64,000 nt of DNA from Candidatus Latescibacterota bacterium (GCA_965208125.1 OZ242320.1:544001-608000), one strand, 5' to 3'; shown: positions 37,030-47,498, counted from the stretch's first letter. Program-made: numbers and translations. Notes: generated by a model from the sequence alone, not told the origin.

Positions 37030-39474
37030 CTATAATTCCGATTCGTCTAATGCCTTCACTTCACCTTTTTTTCGCACCCGATCTCCTTCAAGCACTTCCA
37101 AAATAGCTGGCAGCACCAGCACGGCGGCCACAAAACAGGTCAACAACCCAATCAGTGCCAGACGCCCAATTGAGTTCAGGCCGGGATGCGTCGCCATCAT
37201 CAATCCAAAAAAGCCGATCATCGTCGTCAACATAGAAATGAACATCGCCCCACCTGTGCTCCTGATCACCACCGGCATGGAACCGGGACCCTCCTCTCGA
37301 TATCGGTGATAGAGATGCACCCCATTGTCAATCCCCATACCAATAATAGTGGGCAACGCGACCATATTGTAGAAATTGAGCTTCAAATCCTGCAAATACA
37401 GCGAACCACACATCCACACAGTGCCACAGGTAAGGGGAAAAATCACCAGCAAAGCAGAGCGCAAACTGCGAAAATCAGCCAGCACAATGAGAAACACAAC
37501 CGCCACTGTCAGCGAAATCGCACGCGGACTATCGCGCAGCATCAACTGCAACATATCGGCAAAAATGATATTGGAACTCGACGAATAAAACACCTTGCCC
37601 GATGCGGTTTGAATCTCGTGTGAATCTTCGGCAAATGCAATGGCATTTTTTCCATCGCGCAACTGCACACTCGGCAAAATTTGTGCGAAATACGCCTGAC
37701 TGCCATCAATAGTCTCAAATTTTCTCAATAAATTCTCGGGCAAATCCTCAACCGAAAGTCTTTTGACATCCAACAAACCGCGCAGAGAATCGAGCTGTGC
37801 CTTTTGCTCTCCCCTGATCAACTTCGCGCCCTCGCCATCGGCCAGCGCGCGAATTTCCCCAATAATATCCAGCTTCTCGTCCTGACCGCGCAACTCTGTC
37901 CAGAGCGTTTTGACTTTGTCAATCGTCGGCGTTGGATCATCTTCGGCTATCTTCTTTTCCAATGCATCCACAATCTCATCGAGTTCCGCTTTGCTATCCG
38001 CCAGCACAATACCATAAGACTGCGATTCACTGCCATATTTCGGAATCGTCGCCATCTTTTGTTTTACTTTCACCGATGCGGGCAAATTGGAACGCAAATT
38101 GGTGAAATCGTATTCAAAATCGATATCGGGCAAATGGATGCCCAGGTATATCGTGAGGATCAGCGCGCTGGCAATCACCAGCTTTGGATATGGAAAATGT
38201 CCCCGGCCACCGCCCCAATTATGCCCCCACACATGCCGCATGCGAATCCACATGAACCTTTGATCCGCCAGCACCAGCACAGCGGGCAATACGGTCGTCA
38301 TCGAGACCAGCGACATCAAAATACCCGTACCCACAATAAAACCAAATTCCGTAAAACCCCTGAAATCTGTCAACGTCAGAGAAAAGAACGCAATAGATGT
38401 GGTTATCGCCGCCGTCAAAATAGCCTGTCCAGTCTGACTCAGCATCGTCTCTATGGACATTCGCACATCCGTCTTGTCCATGCGAACTTCGAGATATCGC
38501 GCAAACATGTGAATGCCAAAATCGATTCCCAGCCCAAACAAAATCACAAACAAGAAAGCCGTCATGGTATTCAAATTGCCGATAACCCAATAAGTAATCG
38601 CAAACGCCCAGATCAGGCCCATCGCCAGCGGAATAGCCACAAAAAAAGCCGCCAACGGCTGGCGAAAATAAAACGTCAAAAGTGCGACAATACCCATGAT
38701 ACCAAATATCAACGTCGAGCGGACATCGCTTAAAATGGTATCGTATTCATCAATCTTGTTCTTAAACGGTCCTCCGTATTCAATCAACATCTGTGGGTGA
38801 TACGCGCGCGGATTCACCTTCTTGACAGCCTGCTGAATCACTCGCTGCATATCTTTGGCAAAACCGATATTGCTCACCGTACCCGCTGCCATTGCCTCCA
38901 GTGCCAGGATGGTGCGGTCGGGATTGGTATAATACGTCTCGTCCCCATTATCCGCCGTGCGATACTTCGACTCAATATCCGAAAAATCGAGCACGGCTTC
39001 TTCTTCATCAAGAGAAATATACAACGGCGACAGCTTCAACTTTTCCTGGATGATATAATCATCTATACGCGTGAGAACCTCATCTAAATCATCCGTTTCC
39101 ATAAACAACAGCGCGTTCTTGCGATAAAATTCCGCATCTCGCTTGTAATCGACAAAGTTGATGTACGTCTCGTAGTTCTCGTCCTGTAATTCACGTGCCA
39201 GATCCTCTGCAAAACGCCTGTTTGCCTCAAACTCAGGACTCTGGACCAAAACCACCAGACTGCCCACACCGCCCACGCGCTGTTTGATCTCATTGAGCGT
39301 CTTCACACTCTGATAATTTTCCGGGATCAGGGCAATGAGATCCGTCTCGAGCTTCCGTCCAAGCCTGTACACAAAAATACTACAAAAAGCCGTCAACAAA
39401 ATCGACACCACAAGAATACCTCTGTAGTGCCGATAAGTCCACCCCGCCAAAAAACGAAGCCCCACTTCAACCAA
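37030..39474 (-). CDS. MMPL/HpnN-like RND lipid transporter
   Basis: Two 1+5 TM repeats; GLGIDFGIH and GMGIDNGVH TM4/TM10 Asp motifs. Confidence 0.9.
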   Translation of the reverse strand: MVEVGLRFLAGWTYRHYRGILVVSILLTAFCSIFVYRLGRKLETDLIALIPENYQSVKTLNEIKQRVGGVGSLVVLVQSPEFEANRRFAEDLARELQDENYETYINFVDYKRDAEFYRKNALLFMETDDLDEVLTRIDDYIIQEKLKLSPLYISLDEEEAVLDFSDIESKYRTADNGDETYYTNPDRTILALEAMAAGTVSNIGFAKDMQRVIQQAVKKVNPRAYHPQMLIEYGGPFKNKIDEYDTILSDVRSTLIFGIMGIVALLTFYFRQPLAAFFVAIPLAMGLIWAFAITYWVIGNLNTMTAFLFVILFGLGIDFGIHMFARYLEVRMDKTDVRMSIETMLSQTGQAILTAAITTSIAFFSLTLTDFRGFTEFGFIVGTGILMSLVSMTTVLPAVLVLADQRFMWIRMRHVWGHNWGGGRGHFPYPKLVIASALILTIYLGIHLPDIDFEYDFTNLRSNLPASVKVKQKMATIPKYGSESQSYGIVLADSKAELDEIVDALEKKIAEDDPTPTIDKVKTLWTELRGQDEKLDIIGEIRALADGEGAKLIRGEQKAQLDSLRGLLDVKRLSVEDLPENLLRKFETIDGSQAYFAQILPSVQLRDGKNAIAFAEDSHEIQTASGKVFYSSSSNIIFADMLQLMLRDSPRAISLTVAVVFLIVLADFRSLRSALLVIFPLTCGTVWMCGSLYLQDLKLNFYNMVALPTIIGMGIDNGVHLYHRYREEGPGSMPVVIRSTGGAMFISMLTTMIGFFGLMMATHPGLNSIGRLALIGLLTCFVAAVLVLPAILEVLEGDRVRKKGEVKALDESEL

Positions 39475-39488
39475 TGAGTGCCACCTTT

Positions 39489-40139
39489 CTAATCCGACGT
39501 ATCTTCACTTAGTTTTTCTTTTAATTTATCCATCAAGCCCGTAAAAGAAGACCTGCGAATCTCCCGGCGAAACTGCGATCGGTTGCTGCGCGCAACACTC
39601 AACTCATCGATGACCATATCGTAAATCAACCACTTCCCATCAACGAGATGCAATTTATAGTCAATCGTACTCGACTCGCGCCTGTAATACACCACCGTCT
39701 TGACAACAGCCTGTGTGCTGTCAACCTCAACGCCCGTATAATCGATCTTTTCCGCTTTAGTATATAACGCGGGATCGGCATAATTTTTCTCGATCAACTG
39801 CCTGTTCACAGCCACAAAATCAGCCCGCTCTTCTTCTGTTCGCGCTGTCCAATCTCGACCGAGGGACTCCCGGCTAAATGTTTCAAAATCGAACAACTCA
39901 CCCACGATAGCTTTAAGCGCAGCGCGCTCTTCAGCCGTATCACCGCCGGTTTCTGAACGCACAATATCCTGAATCGCCCGATCGCGGCTCTTCACCATCT
40001 CGAGCAGCGCATCGCCCTGATTAGACGCGCTCGCCACACCCATCAAAACGAGCATCAGAAACGCAGGCCAGAGCAACAAAATCATAATATATCGCCTATT
40101 AATATCAACAACTTGTTTGCAGACAGAATTTTCATCCAT
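39489..40139 (-). CDS. MlaC/Ttg2D (HpnM-like) periplasmic lipid-binding protein
   Basis: FDFE..SR.SLG..W, IDYKL….W.IYD.VID..S…..RSQF; start uncertain (40085-40166). Confidence 0.88.
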   Translation of the reverse strand: MDENSVCKQVVDINRRYIMILLLWPAFLMLVLMGVASASNQGDALLEMVKSRDRAIQDIVRSETGGDTAEERAALKAIVGELFDFETFSRESLGRDWTARTEEERADFVAVNRQLIEKNYADPALYTKAEKIDYTGVEVDSTQAVVKTVVYYRRESSTIDYKLHLVDGKWLIYDMVIDELSVARSNRSQFRREIRRSSFTGLMDKLKEKLSEDTSD

Positions 40140-40342
40140 TTTAATATTTTTTTCCTCCAAAGTCAAGCCAGCGACAGCCTGTCTTAAAAAAAGAGAACTT
40201 GAGTATTAACAAAAAGAAAGAATAGTCTATCGCGCAACAAAATTCTCTAATGATTTTGAAAAAAATACCGCGTACAAACAAACTTCTGTTGAAGTTATAC
40301 ACCCCCCAACAGAAGTTTATCCCAATCCAGATAGGATTTGCA

Positions 40343-41788
40343 TCAATCTGCTTTCTCTCCCACATCCACATTCAAAGCACCGCGCGCGCGAAGCATCTGT
40401 CCGCCAAAGCCAAAAATACCCGCCGTCAACAGGGCAGAACCAATCACGAGGAACCAGTACATACCCTCAATGCTATTGGCGACAGCCAGCGTGCAAAAGA
40501 AAGCGGCAAAAAAATCGCGGCGACTCACAAATTTGAGCGACATACAAAAGCGGTGAAACCACCCGCGTTCACTCTCGGGAACATCGCTCGAAAACGCCAT
40601 ATTAAAACTCACAATACTGCCGGACCCCACCAATTTCATATACAGAAAAATCAGCAATACCCCCAACACATCGAGAAAAACCATCACACCGCCCAGCAGG
40701 GGATAAAATGCCTCACCCGTATATTCGTACATCCCGGCGAGCACCGCGGTAAAAAACACGAGATAGGACATATTATCCGCCAGCGTATCGACCCACTCAC
40801 CCAGGCGAGAACCCATAAATTTTAATTTCGCAATCTCGCCATCACACCCATCTACAATAGACGCAAACTGAAACAACAGCCCGCCCAGTGCCAGATGCAA
40901 ATAACTCGTACTCCCCTTAAAAACCAGCCATGCCGACAGAAAACTCAACAACATCGTCGCAATCGACAACTGGTTTGGCGTTATGGGCGTATGCACGAGC
41001 AGGCGAGAAATGCGCGTGGAAATTTTGCGATTGAAATAGCGCGAAACAAAACCATCGGTCGGCTTGCCGAGTCTGCGAAACATCTCCTGCTCCGCGTGGA
41101 CATGTGCCTCGGGCGTATCCACATCGAGCCAAAACGCGCCATCGATATCCGCAGTCCGCATACTGCCTCTCTCAGCCAGAACGCGAATCCCTCCCGACAA
41201 TGACCCCTCGCCCTCTGCAATAGACTGCTCGAGCGCGCCAAACAAAAACGGACTGCACAGAAAAATTCCCGTATCCACCGCATTGAAATCGGCCAACTCT
41301 TTCCCAATTTTGACCACGCGACGGTTCACTGTCATAACCTTCGTAGCATCTTCCATATCAAAAATGCCATCGAGACCTGTATCGACACACAGCACAGCTT
41401 CATCCTGCCCAACCGGCATACGACGCAATTTGACCAGTATCTCGGGATCAAACAGATGATCGGACATCAAAAGAATAAACGGCTCATCGACATATTCTCT
41501 GGCACTCAATACCGACACCCCATTGCCGCGCGCCCATTCCTTATTTTCAACCCAGTCAATCGCCGCATCCGAAAGCTGTGGATCATCGGCAAGCGCGTGC
41601 ATAATCTCGTGGCACCGATATCCAACCACAACCACAAACTCCGAAATGCCCGCGCGCATAGCCGACAAAATCGTGCGCTTGAGCAATGGCACACCGGCCA
41701 GGGGCACGAGAGGCTTGGGCAAATCCGCCCCATAACCTCTCAACCGACTACCCATACCAGCGGCAATAATTACAGCTTTATTCACCAT
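40343..41788 (-). CDS. Bifunctional NTP transferase / CDP-alcohol phosphotransferase (IPCT/DIPPS-like)
   Basis: AVIIAAGMGSRL…PKPL; LMSDH; W.DVDTPE; KPTDGFVSR.FNR.IS; TPNQ; DGCDGEIAK-x8-G-x3-D-x3-D. Confidence 0.9.
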   Translation of the reverse strand: MVNKAVIIAAGMGSRLRGYGADLPKPLVPLAGVPLLKRTILSAMRAGISEFVVVVGYRCHEIMHALADDPQLSDAAIDWVENKEWARGNGVSVLSAREYVDEPFILLMSDHLFDPEILVKLRRMPVGQDEAVLCVDTGLDGIFDMEDATKVMTVNRRVVKIGKELADFNAVDTGIFLCSPFLFGALEQSIAEGEGSLSGGIRVLAERGSMRTADIDGAFWLDVDTPEAHVHAEQEMFRRLGKPTDGFVSRYFNRKISTRISRLLVHTPITPNQLSIATMLLSFLSAWLVFKGSTSYLHLALGGLLFQFASIVDGCDGEIAKLKFMGSRLGEWVDTLADNMSYLVFFTAVLAGMYEYTGEAFYPLLGGVMVFLDVLGVLLIFLYMKLVGSGSIVSFNMAFSSDVPESERGWFHRFCMSLKFVSRRDFFAAFFCTLAVANSIEGMYWFLVIGSALLTAGIFGFGGQMLRARGALNVDVGEKAD

Positions 41789-41822
41789 AACTTCTACAAC
41801 CTTTCGCAATATCCCGAGCAAT

Positions 41823-43139
41823 TTACAACAGACTGCGCCCGACAGCCCGTTGCAATCTCACCCAGGATCGGTTAAAATTGAATACTGCTTCGTAATATTT
41901 GGCGCGAATAACACCGTACTCTTTTGCGGCATCAATCATATCCGATGCCTCTTCAAGCCCGGCATTAAACCCATCGCGAACCGATATAAACCACCGGCGG
42001 GTCGCCCGCCGCGCCACGCTGGCAGCCGCCATATTTTTCTGTGCCTCGATCAACTCGCGGTAAATCTTCTCAATTTCAATTGCCACGCCCTTCTCGGCCA
42101 GTTGCTTTTGATACAACAACTTCTGATATTCCAAACTCGCTTTCCGCGCCTTCGCCGACGTAAGCCCAAACGACAGCGACTGCCGAACACCTATCACCGC
42201 CCCCGCCTGCAAAATATTGAAATCATCTCTGGCAAAAGGACTTAGTTGATCGTCGCGATTCGGTGCGTAGCCATACTTAAATTGGCCCGCAATAAATATC
42301 TGGGGATACTGCTCGCCTTTTGCCACCTGCATTAGAGATTCACGCACCTGCACAGCAGCCTGCAACTGCTGCATATCCTCGCGCGCTCCCGCGCGTTTGA
42401 GATAAAATTCAAGCGGTTCAATCTCCACATCAACCGGTGTTAAAGGACCAGCAAGAATTAGCGAATCCCCTTCGCTCAATCCCAAAAGCAGGCGCAGGGC
42501 AGACTCGGCAAGCGCTTTTGTTTTCGCTGCCTCATGTACTTTTTCACGCACATCAAAGGCAAACCGATCAATGCGGTTCAGATCCGCATACGTAAAATCG
42601 CCTTCCTCTGCCTCCAGCTTCTCCGACACAAAATCGCGCGCCGTTTGAAAATCACTTTGCGCCTCCAATGCCAATGCCCACAAATCCTGCGTCAGTTGCA
42701 ACCCAAAATACACCTCGGCAACCTGAAGTTCCAGATCGCCTCTCGCTTTTCGCAGACCCGCCTGTTGAGCCGTCACCCCTGCCATAGCTGCTGCTTTGGC
42801 CCCGGACAAATAGCCAAATGTGAACAGAGGTTGCACAACCGTGGCTTCCGTACGCGTAAAAATACTCAAATGACTCAGCATGGTCTCACCGACAAGCGCG
42901 TCACCGCGCGCCTCGGGCGAGGGACCAATAACAGATCGCAGTTCAAACTGCGGCAAAAAGCGGATGGCATTGGCCTGGTCTAATTGCGCCCGCGCAATAT
43001 CGACATCAACCACTGCTGCACGCACGCCGGGATGCACGCGCATGGCCTGTGCAATACTCGCGGACAAATCATACGTTTCGGCGCGAAGAGAATGCACACA
43101 AATAAAAATCCCCAAATAGGACACACATAGCTTGAACAT
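41823..43139 (-). CDS. TolC-family outer membrane efflux protein
   Basis: N-terminal signal-like segment, P….A, QPLFTFG, VAEVYF, helical repeats, terminal L.RAVG; start ATG 43139 preferred. Confidence 0.85.
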   Translation of the reverse strand: MFKLCVSYLGIFICVHSLRAETYDLSASIAQAMRVHPGVRAAVVDVDIARAQLDQANAIRFLPQFELRSVIGPSPEARGDALVGETMLSHLSIFTRTEATVVQPLFTFGYLSGAKAAAMAGVTAQQAGLRKARGDLELQVAEVYFGLQLTQDLWALALEAQSDFQTARDFVSEKLEAEEGDFTYADLNRIDRFAFDVREKVHEAAKTKALAESALRLLLGLSEGDSLILAGPLTPVDVEIEPLEFYLKRAGAREDMQQLQAAVQVRESLMQVAKGEQYPQIFIAGQFKYGYAPNRDDQLSPFARDDFNILQAGAVIGVRQSLSFGLTSAKARKASLEYQKLLYQKQLAEKGVAIEIEKIYRELIEAQKNMAAASVARRATRRWFISVRDGFNAGLEEASDMIDAAKEYGVIRAKYYEAVFNFNRSWVRLQRAVGRSLL

Positions 43140-43317
43140 GTGTGAAAAAAAACCACACCTGTTGCGATTTAACAACACAACCCCCTGGACTCCAGCGAAA
43201 AATTCAGAATCATAAAAATCTATATCTATATTAAACAAATACTTAAAAAGACCATCCAAACAGTCACAAAATATTGTCCCCTATATAAGCGAAATCCGTG
43301 CCATCGTAAAATATATG

Positions 43318-43342
43318 AAAAAACCGGACAAAAGTCCGGGTT
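43318..43342 (-). terminator. Rho-independent terminator after the LPG-TM gene
   Basis: Minus strand CCGGAC-TTTT-GTCCGG-TTTTTT. Confidence 0.55.
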
Positions 43343-43387
43343 AGCTATACTAACGTTTTAATCCGAGAGGAGTTCCCTTCCACATAT

Positions 43388-44335
43388 TCATCGCCGCACC
43401 GCCATCAAAACAAATCCAAAAGACACCCAGAAAATTTTCCGGATGCGCCGGATCAAGGCAACGCCCAATCCCAATTCGGGTGTCAACCCCAACAATTGAA
43501 AAAGAAACACATGCCCACTCTCAAAAACGCCAACACCAGATGGAATAAAGAAAAACGCCGTGTTTATAATCAACGACAGGGACGTGAGTAAAAAAGCGGT
43601 CAAAAAAGATTGTGGCTGCCCCAACAAGCTGAGAATCGCATACACTTCAAAAGTTCCCAAAACCCAACTCAGCATGTGCAGTGCCATACACACCCAGAAC
43701 CCCAGACGATTCTGCTTGTAAAATGCCGCAATCGTCCGATCAACTTCTTCAAACTTCTCGCGCCTCGACTCCAAAACAGAGAGACGCAACTTCTTTAAAA
43801 CATCCAGCAACCATATAGACGCCCGTTGGCGCTGAGACACATACGCTGCCACAATTCCAATCGTACCTAACACCAGGGCAGCCCCCAATCCAATCTGCAC
43901 CTCTACTGAAAGTGGAAACATGCCCACGGCCAACCCCGTACCAATCAGCGCAAAGACCAGACCGCTCACCAATTCAACCGTCTTATTGATCACCAGAGAA
44001 GGTACGCCCCGCGTCACAGAAACCCGATCGCGCAACATATACGCTTTGGCCACCTCACCGCCCACATGAGAAGCCGGTGTGACATTACCAATAGCTTCTC
44101 CCGACAACTTTGTGCAAAAAAGTGACCAAAAATGCGGACGATCGCCATCAAAACACATCGCCCATGCCCACGTATTGCTCACATGCCAGCCCAATGCAAT
44201 GAGCAAAACAGGCACATAGCCCCACCCCATCTGCCGCACCTGCGTCCAGGCGGCGATAATCCCAACCTCGTAAATCAACACCGCCAGCAGCGTTAACCCA
44301 ATTCCCCAGAACATCACCTTGCGCGCAGTTTTCAT
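43388..44335 (-). CDS. Lysylphosphatidylglycerol-synthase TM-region (HpnL/flippase-like) membrane protein
   Basis: N.TP…GGE..KAY.L, P.G.G..E, RRIR..FW; multiple TM helices. Confidence 0.82.
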   Translation of the reverse strand: MKTARKVMFWGIGLTLLAVLIYEVGIIAAWTQVRQMGWGYVPVLLIALGWHVSNTWAWAMCFDGDRPHFWSLFCTKLSGEAIGNVTPASHVGGEVAKAYMLRDRVSVTRGVPSLVINKTVELVSGLVFALIGTGLAVGMFPLSVEVQIGLGAALVLGTIGIVAAYVSQRQRASIWLLDVLKKLRLSVLESRREKFEEVDRTIAAFYKQNRLGFWVCMALHMLSWVLGTFEVYAILSLLGQPQSFLTAFLLTSLSLIINTAFFFIPSGVGVFESGHVFLFQLLGLTPELGLGVALIRRIRKIFWVSFGFVLMAVRR

Positions 44336-44349
44336 TCACCATCTATCCC

Positions 44350-44390
44350 AAAAGAAACGGCGACCAAAATGCGCCGCCGTTTGCCAAAAA
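44350..44390 (-). terminator. Probable terminator after TPR-PPIase gene
   Basis: AAACGGCG…CGCCGTTT stem followed by CTTTT on the minus strand. Confidence 0.55.
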
Positions 44391-44408
44391 ATATCTTCTA
44401 ACACACCG

Positions 44409-45917
44409 TCAATTAACCCGCATAATCACGTGATAGCCCAGAGGGGTTTTGACAACTCCACTGACTTCATTGGGTTTGAGCTTCATGACCGCGGCTTCAA
44501 AATCCGGGTGCAAATCGCCCTTGGAAAAAAACCCCGTACTTCCGCCATTTTCTTTTGAAGGATCAATAGAATAACTCCTCGCCAAAGTGGCAAAATCTTC
44601 TCCTGCTTTGAGCTTATTCAAAATTTCCTGAGCCTCAATCTCCGTCTTCACCAGAATATGCCGTACCCGCATCTTGCCCGCCTGAATCGACTTAATAATA
44701 TCCAGATTGCCCTGTGCATCGCGCAACGTACTGGCATCCTTGCTCTCGGCCATTGCCGTTTCATACGCTCTTCGCGCCTTGTCAAAATCTCCCCGAGCCG
44801 AATAAATAAATCCCAAATTATTGTGAACTTCAGCATCTTTGGGATCAATCGCCAATGCCTTCTCGTAAATCACACCCGCAGAATCAACCTTCTCTTCGCC
44901 CAAATACAGCAATGCCAACCGCTTATAGGGCGCAATCCACTTGGGAGCACGCGAGATACAGGTCAACAGCTCGGCCTTGCCTTGTGCGATATCGCCCTTG
45001 GCCACATAGACTTCTGCCAGCCGGAATCGCACCAAATTGCCATCGGGCGCGCGTTCCAAAATGCCCAGCATCTCGCCAATACTGGCATCAAAATTACCCC
45101 TGGCCGCGTACAACTGCGCAAGAGCATCGCGCACCTCGAGATCATCCGGAGCGAGATCGCGCACCTTTTCCCACGCTGCCTGTGCGATATCTAAAGAATC
45201 CACTTCTGCACTCATAAAACCGAGCGCGCGATACACAGATGGATCTTCTGGCGCAGCTTCAACAGCCTGTCGATATGCCGAAAAAGCCTTCTGTGTCATA
45301 CCCAGCGCGTGAAAAACCCCACCCCGGTTGACCATCAACATCACATTGTCCGAATTGGCAGCAAGACCGCGATCCATAACGGCAATTGCATTGAGTGTAT
45401 CGCCCACTGCAATATGGATCAGTGCCAGAGATTGATACGCCTCGATAAAATCGGGACGGCGTTTGAGTGCCGCTTCAAAATCGGCAATAGCTTCTCTGGG
45501 CTTGCCCAGATCGCTATTGAGAGATGCGCGCTCTGCCAGAAGCAAAGCGGGTTCATCGCTTTGCCCAATACCCTGATCCAGAGCAGAAAGAGCCTGAGAA
45601 ATTTTGCCCTGTCGAACGAGCACCAGCGCCAGATCGCGATATCCGCGAACAGAACCCGGTTTTATCTCCACCACCTTTTGAAAAGCAGCCTCCGCAGCGT
45701 CCAATTGCCCGGCCTCAGCGTAAAGCGTCCCCAAAAAACCATGCGCTGCCACACTATCGGCATGTGCCTCGACAAAAGCGCGCGCCACCTCGAGGGCATC
45801 GTCAATTTTGCCGTCGCTGTAATGCGCCTCAATCTCTTTCAAAAAATCCCGCGCATCCACAACTGGAGCCTGAAAAAATATCATACCCCATACAAAACAC
45901 AGCATCCACCGTTTCAA
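44409..45917 (-). CDS. Exported TPR-repeat protein with C-terminal parvulin (PpiC) PPIase
   Basis: Signal peptide, about 10 TPRs, VRHILVK…F..LA..YS.D..GG..G.F…F..A…S..VKT..GYH. Confidence 0.9.
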   Translation of the reverse strand: MKRWMLCFVWGMIFFQAPVVDARDFLKEIEAHYSDGKIDDALEVARAFVEAHADSVAAHGFLGTLYAEAGQLDAAEAAFQKVVEIKPGSVRGYRDLALVLVRQGKISQALSALDQGIGQSDEPALLLAERASLNSDLGKPREAIADFEAALKRRPDFIEAYQSLALIHIAVGDTLNAIAVMDRGLAANSDNVMLMVNRGGVFHALGMTQKAFSAYRQAVEAAPEDPSVYRALGFMSAEVDSLDIAQAAWEKVRDLAPDDLEVRDALAQLYAARGNFDASIGEMLGILERAPDGNLVRFRLAEVYVAKGDIAQGKAELLTCISRAPKWIAPYKRLALLYLGEEKVDSAGVIYEKALAIDPKDAEVHNNLGFIYSARGDFDKARRAYETAMAESKDASTLRDAQGNLDIIKSIQAGKMRVRHILVKTEIEAQEILNKLKAGEDFATLARSYSIDPSKENGGSTGFFSKGDLHPDFEAAVMKLKPNEVSGVVKTPLGYHVIMRVN

Positions 45918-45933
45918 AACTCAACCTCCATCC

Positions 45934-45962
45934 TTGACAATATCAATGCAACACAATATAAT
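45934..45962 (+). promoter_or_regulatory. Consensus sigma70 promoter
   Basis: TTGACA-17 nt-TATAAT, 12 nt before ATG 45975. Confidence 0.8.
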
Positions 45963-45974
45963 CACATCTCACCT

Positions 45975-46535
45975 ATGAAAACTCTAAAACAAAACGCCGT
46001 ACCACTCATAGCCTTTCTAATCGCGGGAAGCACAGCGATACTCGCCTACGACCACTTGTCCTATGTAATTCCCTATGTGGTCTTTAAGTATCCCATCGCC
46101 ATTGTCGTACTCTACGCATTTTTTCAACTCATCGCATTTGCAGAGCGTCGCCGCAGCGCCCAACTCGACGAAGTGGGCTTGCTTCGACCCCTGCGCGACG
46201 GCGCATTCCTCGTATGCCTGCACGCACACCTGCGCGACCTCGGCATAGACCTGAACCTTTTATCGTCGGCATCCAGCATGCACCTCGCCCTGTTGTCCTG
46301 GGCAGTCGCCCTCATCGGATATTATGCCCTTGAGCAACCCGGGGGACTACCTGGTCGCACAATCAATATCCTGTCCCCTTCTGCCACGCGCATCGCAGTC
46401 TGCCGCGGACTCATCCTCTCGGGACTGCTTGGGGTGATCGGCACATTTGCGGCAATCGCACAACCCCTCTGGCTCGGCCTCCCCCTGCTTCTGGTATTCA
46501 TTCGCGCCTATCTGCGGTCCGGAGACGGATCGTGA
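45975..46535 (+). CDS. Hypothetical membrane protein
   Basis: MKTLKQNAV… hydrophobic; start set by the promoter; GTGA overlap with EamA gene. Confidence 0.65.
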   Translation: MKTLKQNAVPLIAFLIAGSTAILAYDHLSYVIPYVVFKYPIAIVVLYAFFQLIAFAERRRSAQLDEVGLLRPLRDGAFLVCLHAHLRDLGIDLNLLSSASSMHLALLSWAVALIGYYALEQPGGLPGRTINILSPSATRIAVCRGLILSGLLGVIGTFAAIAQPLWLGLPLLLVFIRAYLRSGDGS

Positions 46536-47416
46536 ACGTACAGAACGAACGCCTCAACACCCGTGCCGCCCTGCTCAACCTCTTGACAGCAATCCTCTGG
46601 GGCGGCAATTCCGTATCCATCAAAATGGGGCTATCTGGTATTCCGCCGCTTTGTCTGGCCGGCATGCGTTTTTTGCTCGGCGGCCTCGTCGTCTATATTT
46701 GGACGCGCCCCCTGAAAATCGACCTGAAACTCAAATCCAACGAAAGACGAGGCATTATCGGCCTCATTTTTCTTTTTCTCGCGCAGATCTACCTGCTCAA
46801 TGCGGGAACCGATTACACCCTCGCCAGCCGCTCGACCATCTTTATCTCGGCCTATCCCTTCTTCACAGCCTCATTTGCACACATCTTTATACCGGGCGAC
46901 AAAATCAGCACGCGCAAAATGACCGGCATGGTATTGTCTTTTCTCGGCGTAGTGCTCATCTTTGCCGAAAGCCTATCGCTTGGCGAACTTCAACATCTTT
47001 TGGGCGACATCCTCGTACTCGCAAGTGCCGCTCTGCTCGGTGCTCGCCAGGTTTACCTCAAACGTCTCGTCCAGAACATACACCCCGGAAAAGTCTTGAT
47101 CTGGCAATCCGCCCCCAGCGTACCCATCTTTTTTTTACTCAGTGCACTATTTGAAGCACAAGCCATTCAACTCGATATCCGCGTCCTGAGTGCCGTTCTC
47201 TATCAGGGGCTCGTCGTCGCAGGATTTTGCTTTATCCTCCTGACCAGCCTTCTAAAACGCTATTCGGCCAGTCGCCTCTCTGTATTTGGATTCATCACCC
47301 CAATTGTCGGCGTCGTCGTCAGCAACCTCCTCCTCGGCGACCCCATCTCACCCATCCTCATCCTCAGCCTCGCACTCGTGGGCATCGGCATCACCATTGT
47401 CAATACATCACAATGA
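46532..47416 (+). CDS. EamA/DMT family transporter
   Basis: LWGGN…K.GL..IPP…A.MRF; 10 TM two-repeat structure. Confidence 0.92.
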   Translation: MNVQNERLNTRAALLNLLTAILWGGNSVSIKMGLSGIPPLCLAGMRFLLGGLVVYIWTRPLKIDLKLKSNERRGIIGLIFLFLAQIYLLNAGTDYTLASRSTIFISAYPFFTASFAHIFIPGDKISTRKMTGMVLSFLGVVLIFAESLSLGELQHLLGDILVLASAALLGARQVYLKRLVQNIHPGKVLIWQSAPSVPIFFLLSALFEAQAIQLDIRVLSAVLYQGLVVAGFCFILLTSLLKRYSASRLSVFGFITPIVGVVVSNLLLGDPISPILILSLALVGIGITIVNTSQ

Positions 47417-47498
47417 GCAAAACGCACAGCCTATCAATTTATGCGGTCTCATTATGCGCCGCAAGAAAAAACTGGTTTCAGAACCCAATGTACGCACT

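Noticed and set aside
45309-45974. N-terminal 222 aa of the 408-aa ORF
   Set aside because: Antisense to the TPR-PPIase gene; the consensus promoter places the real start at 45975.
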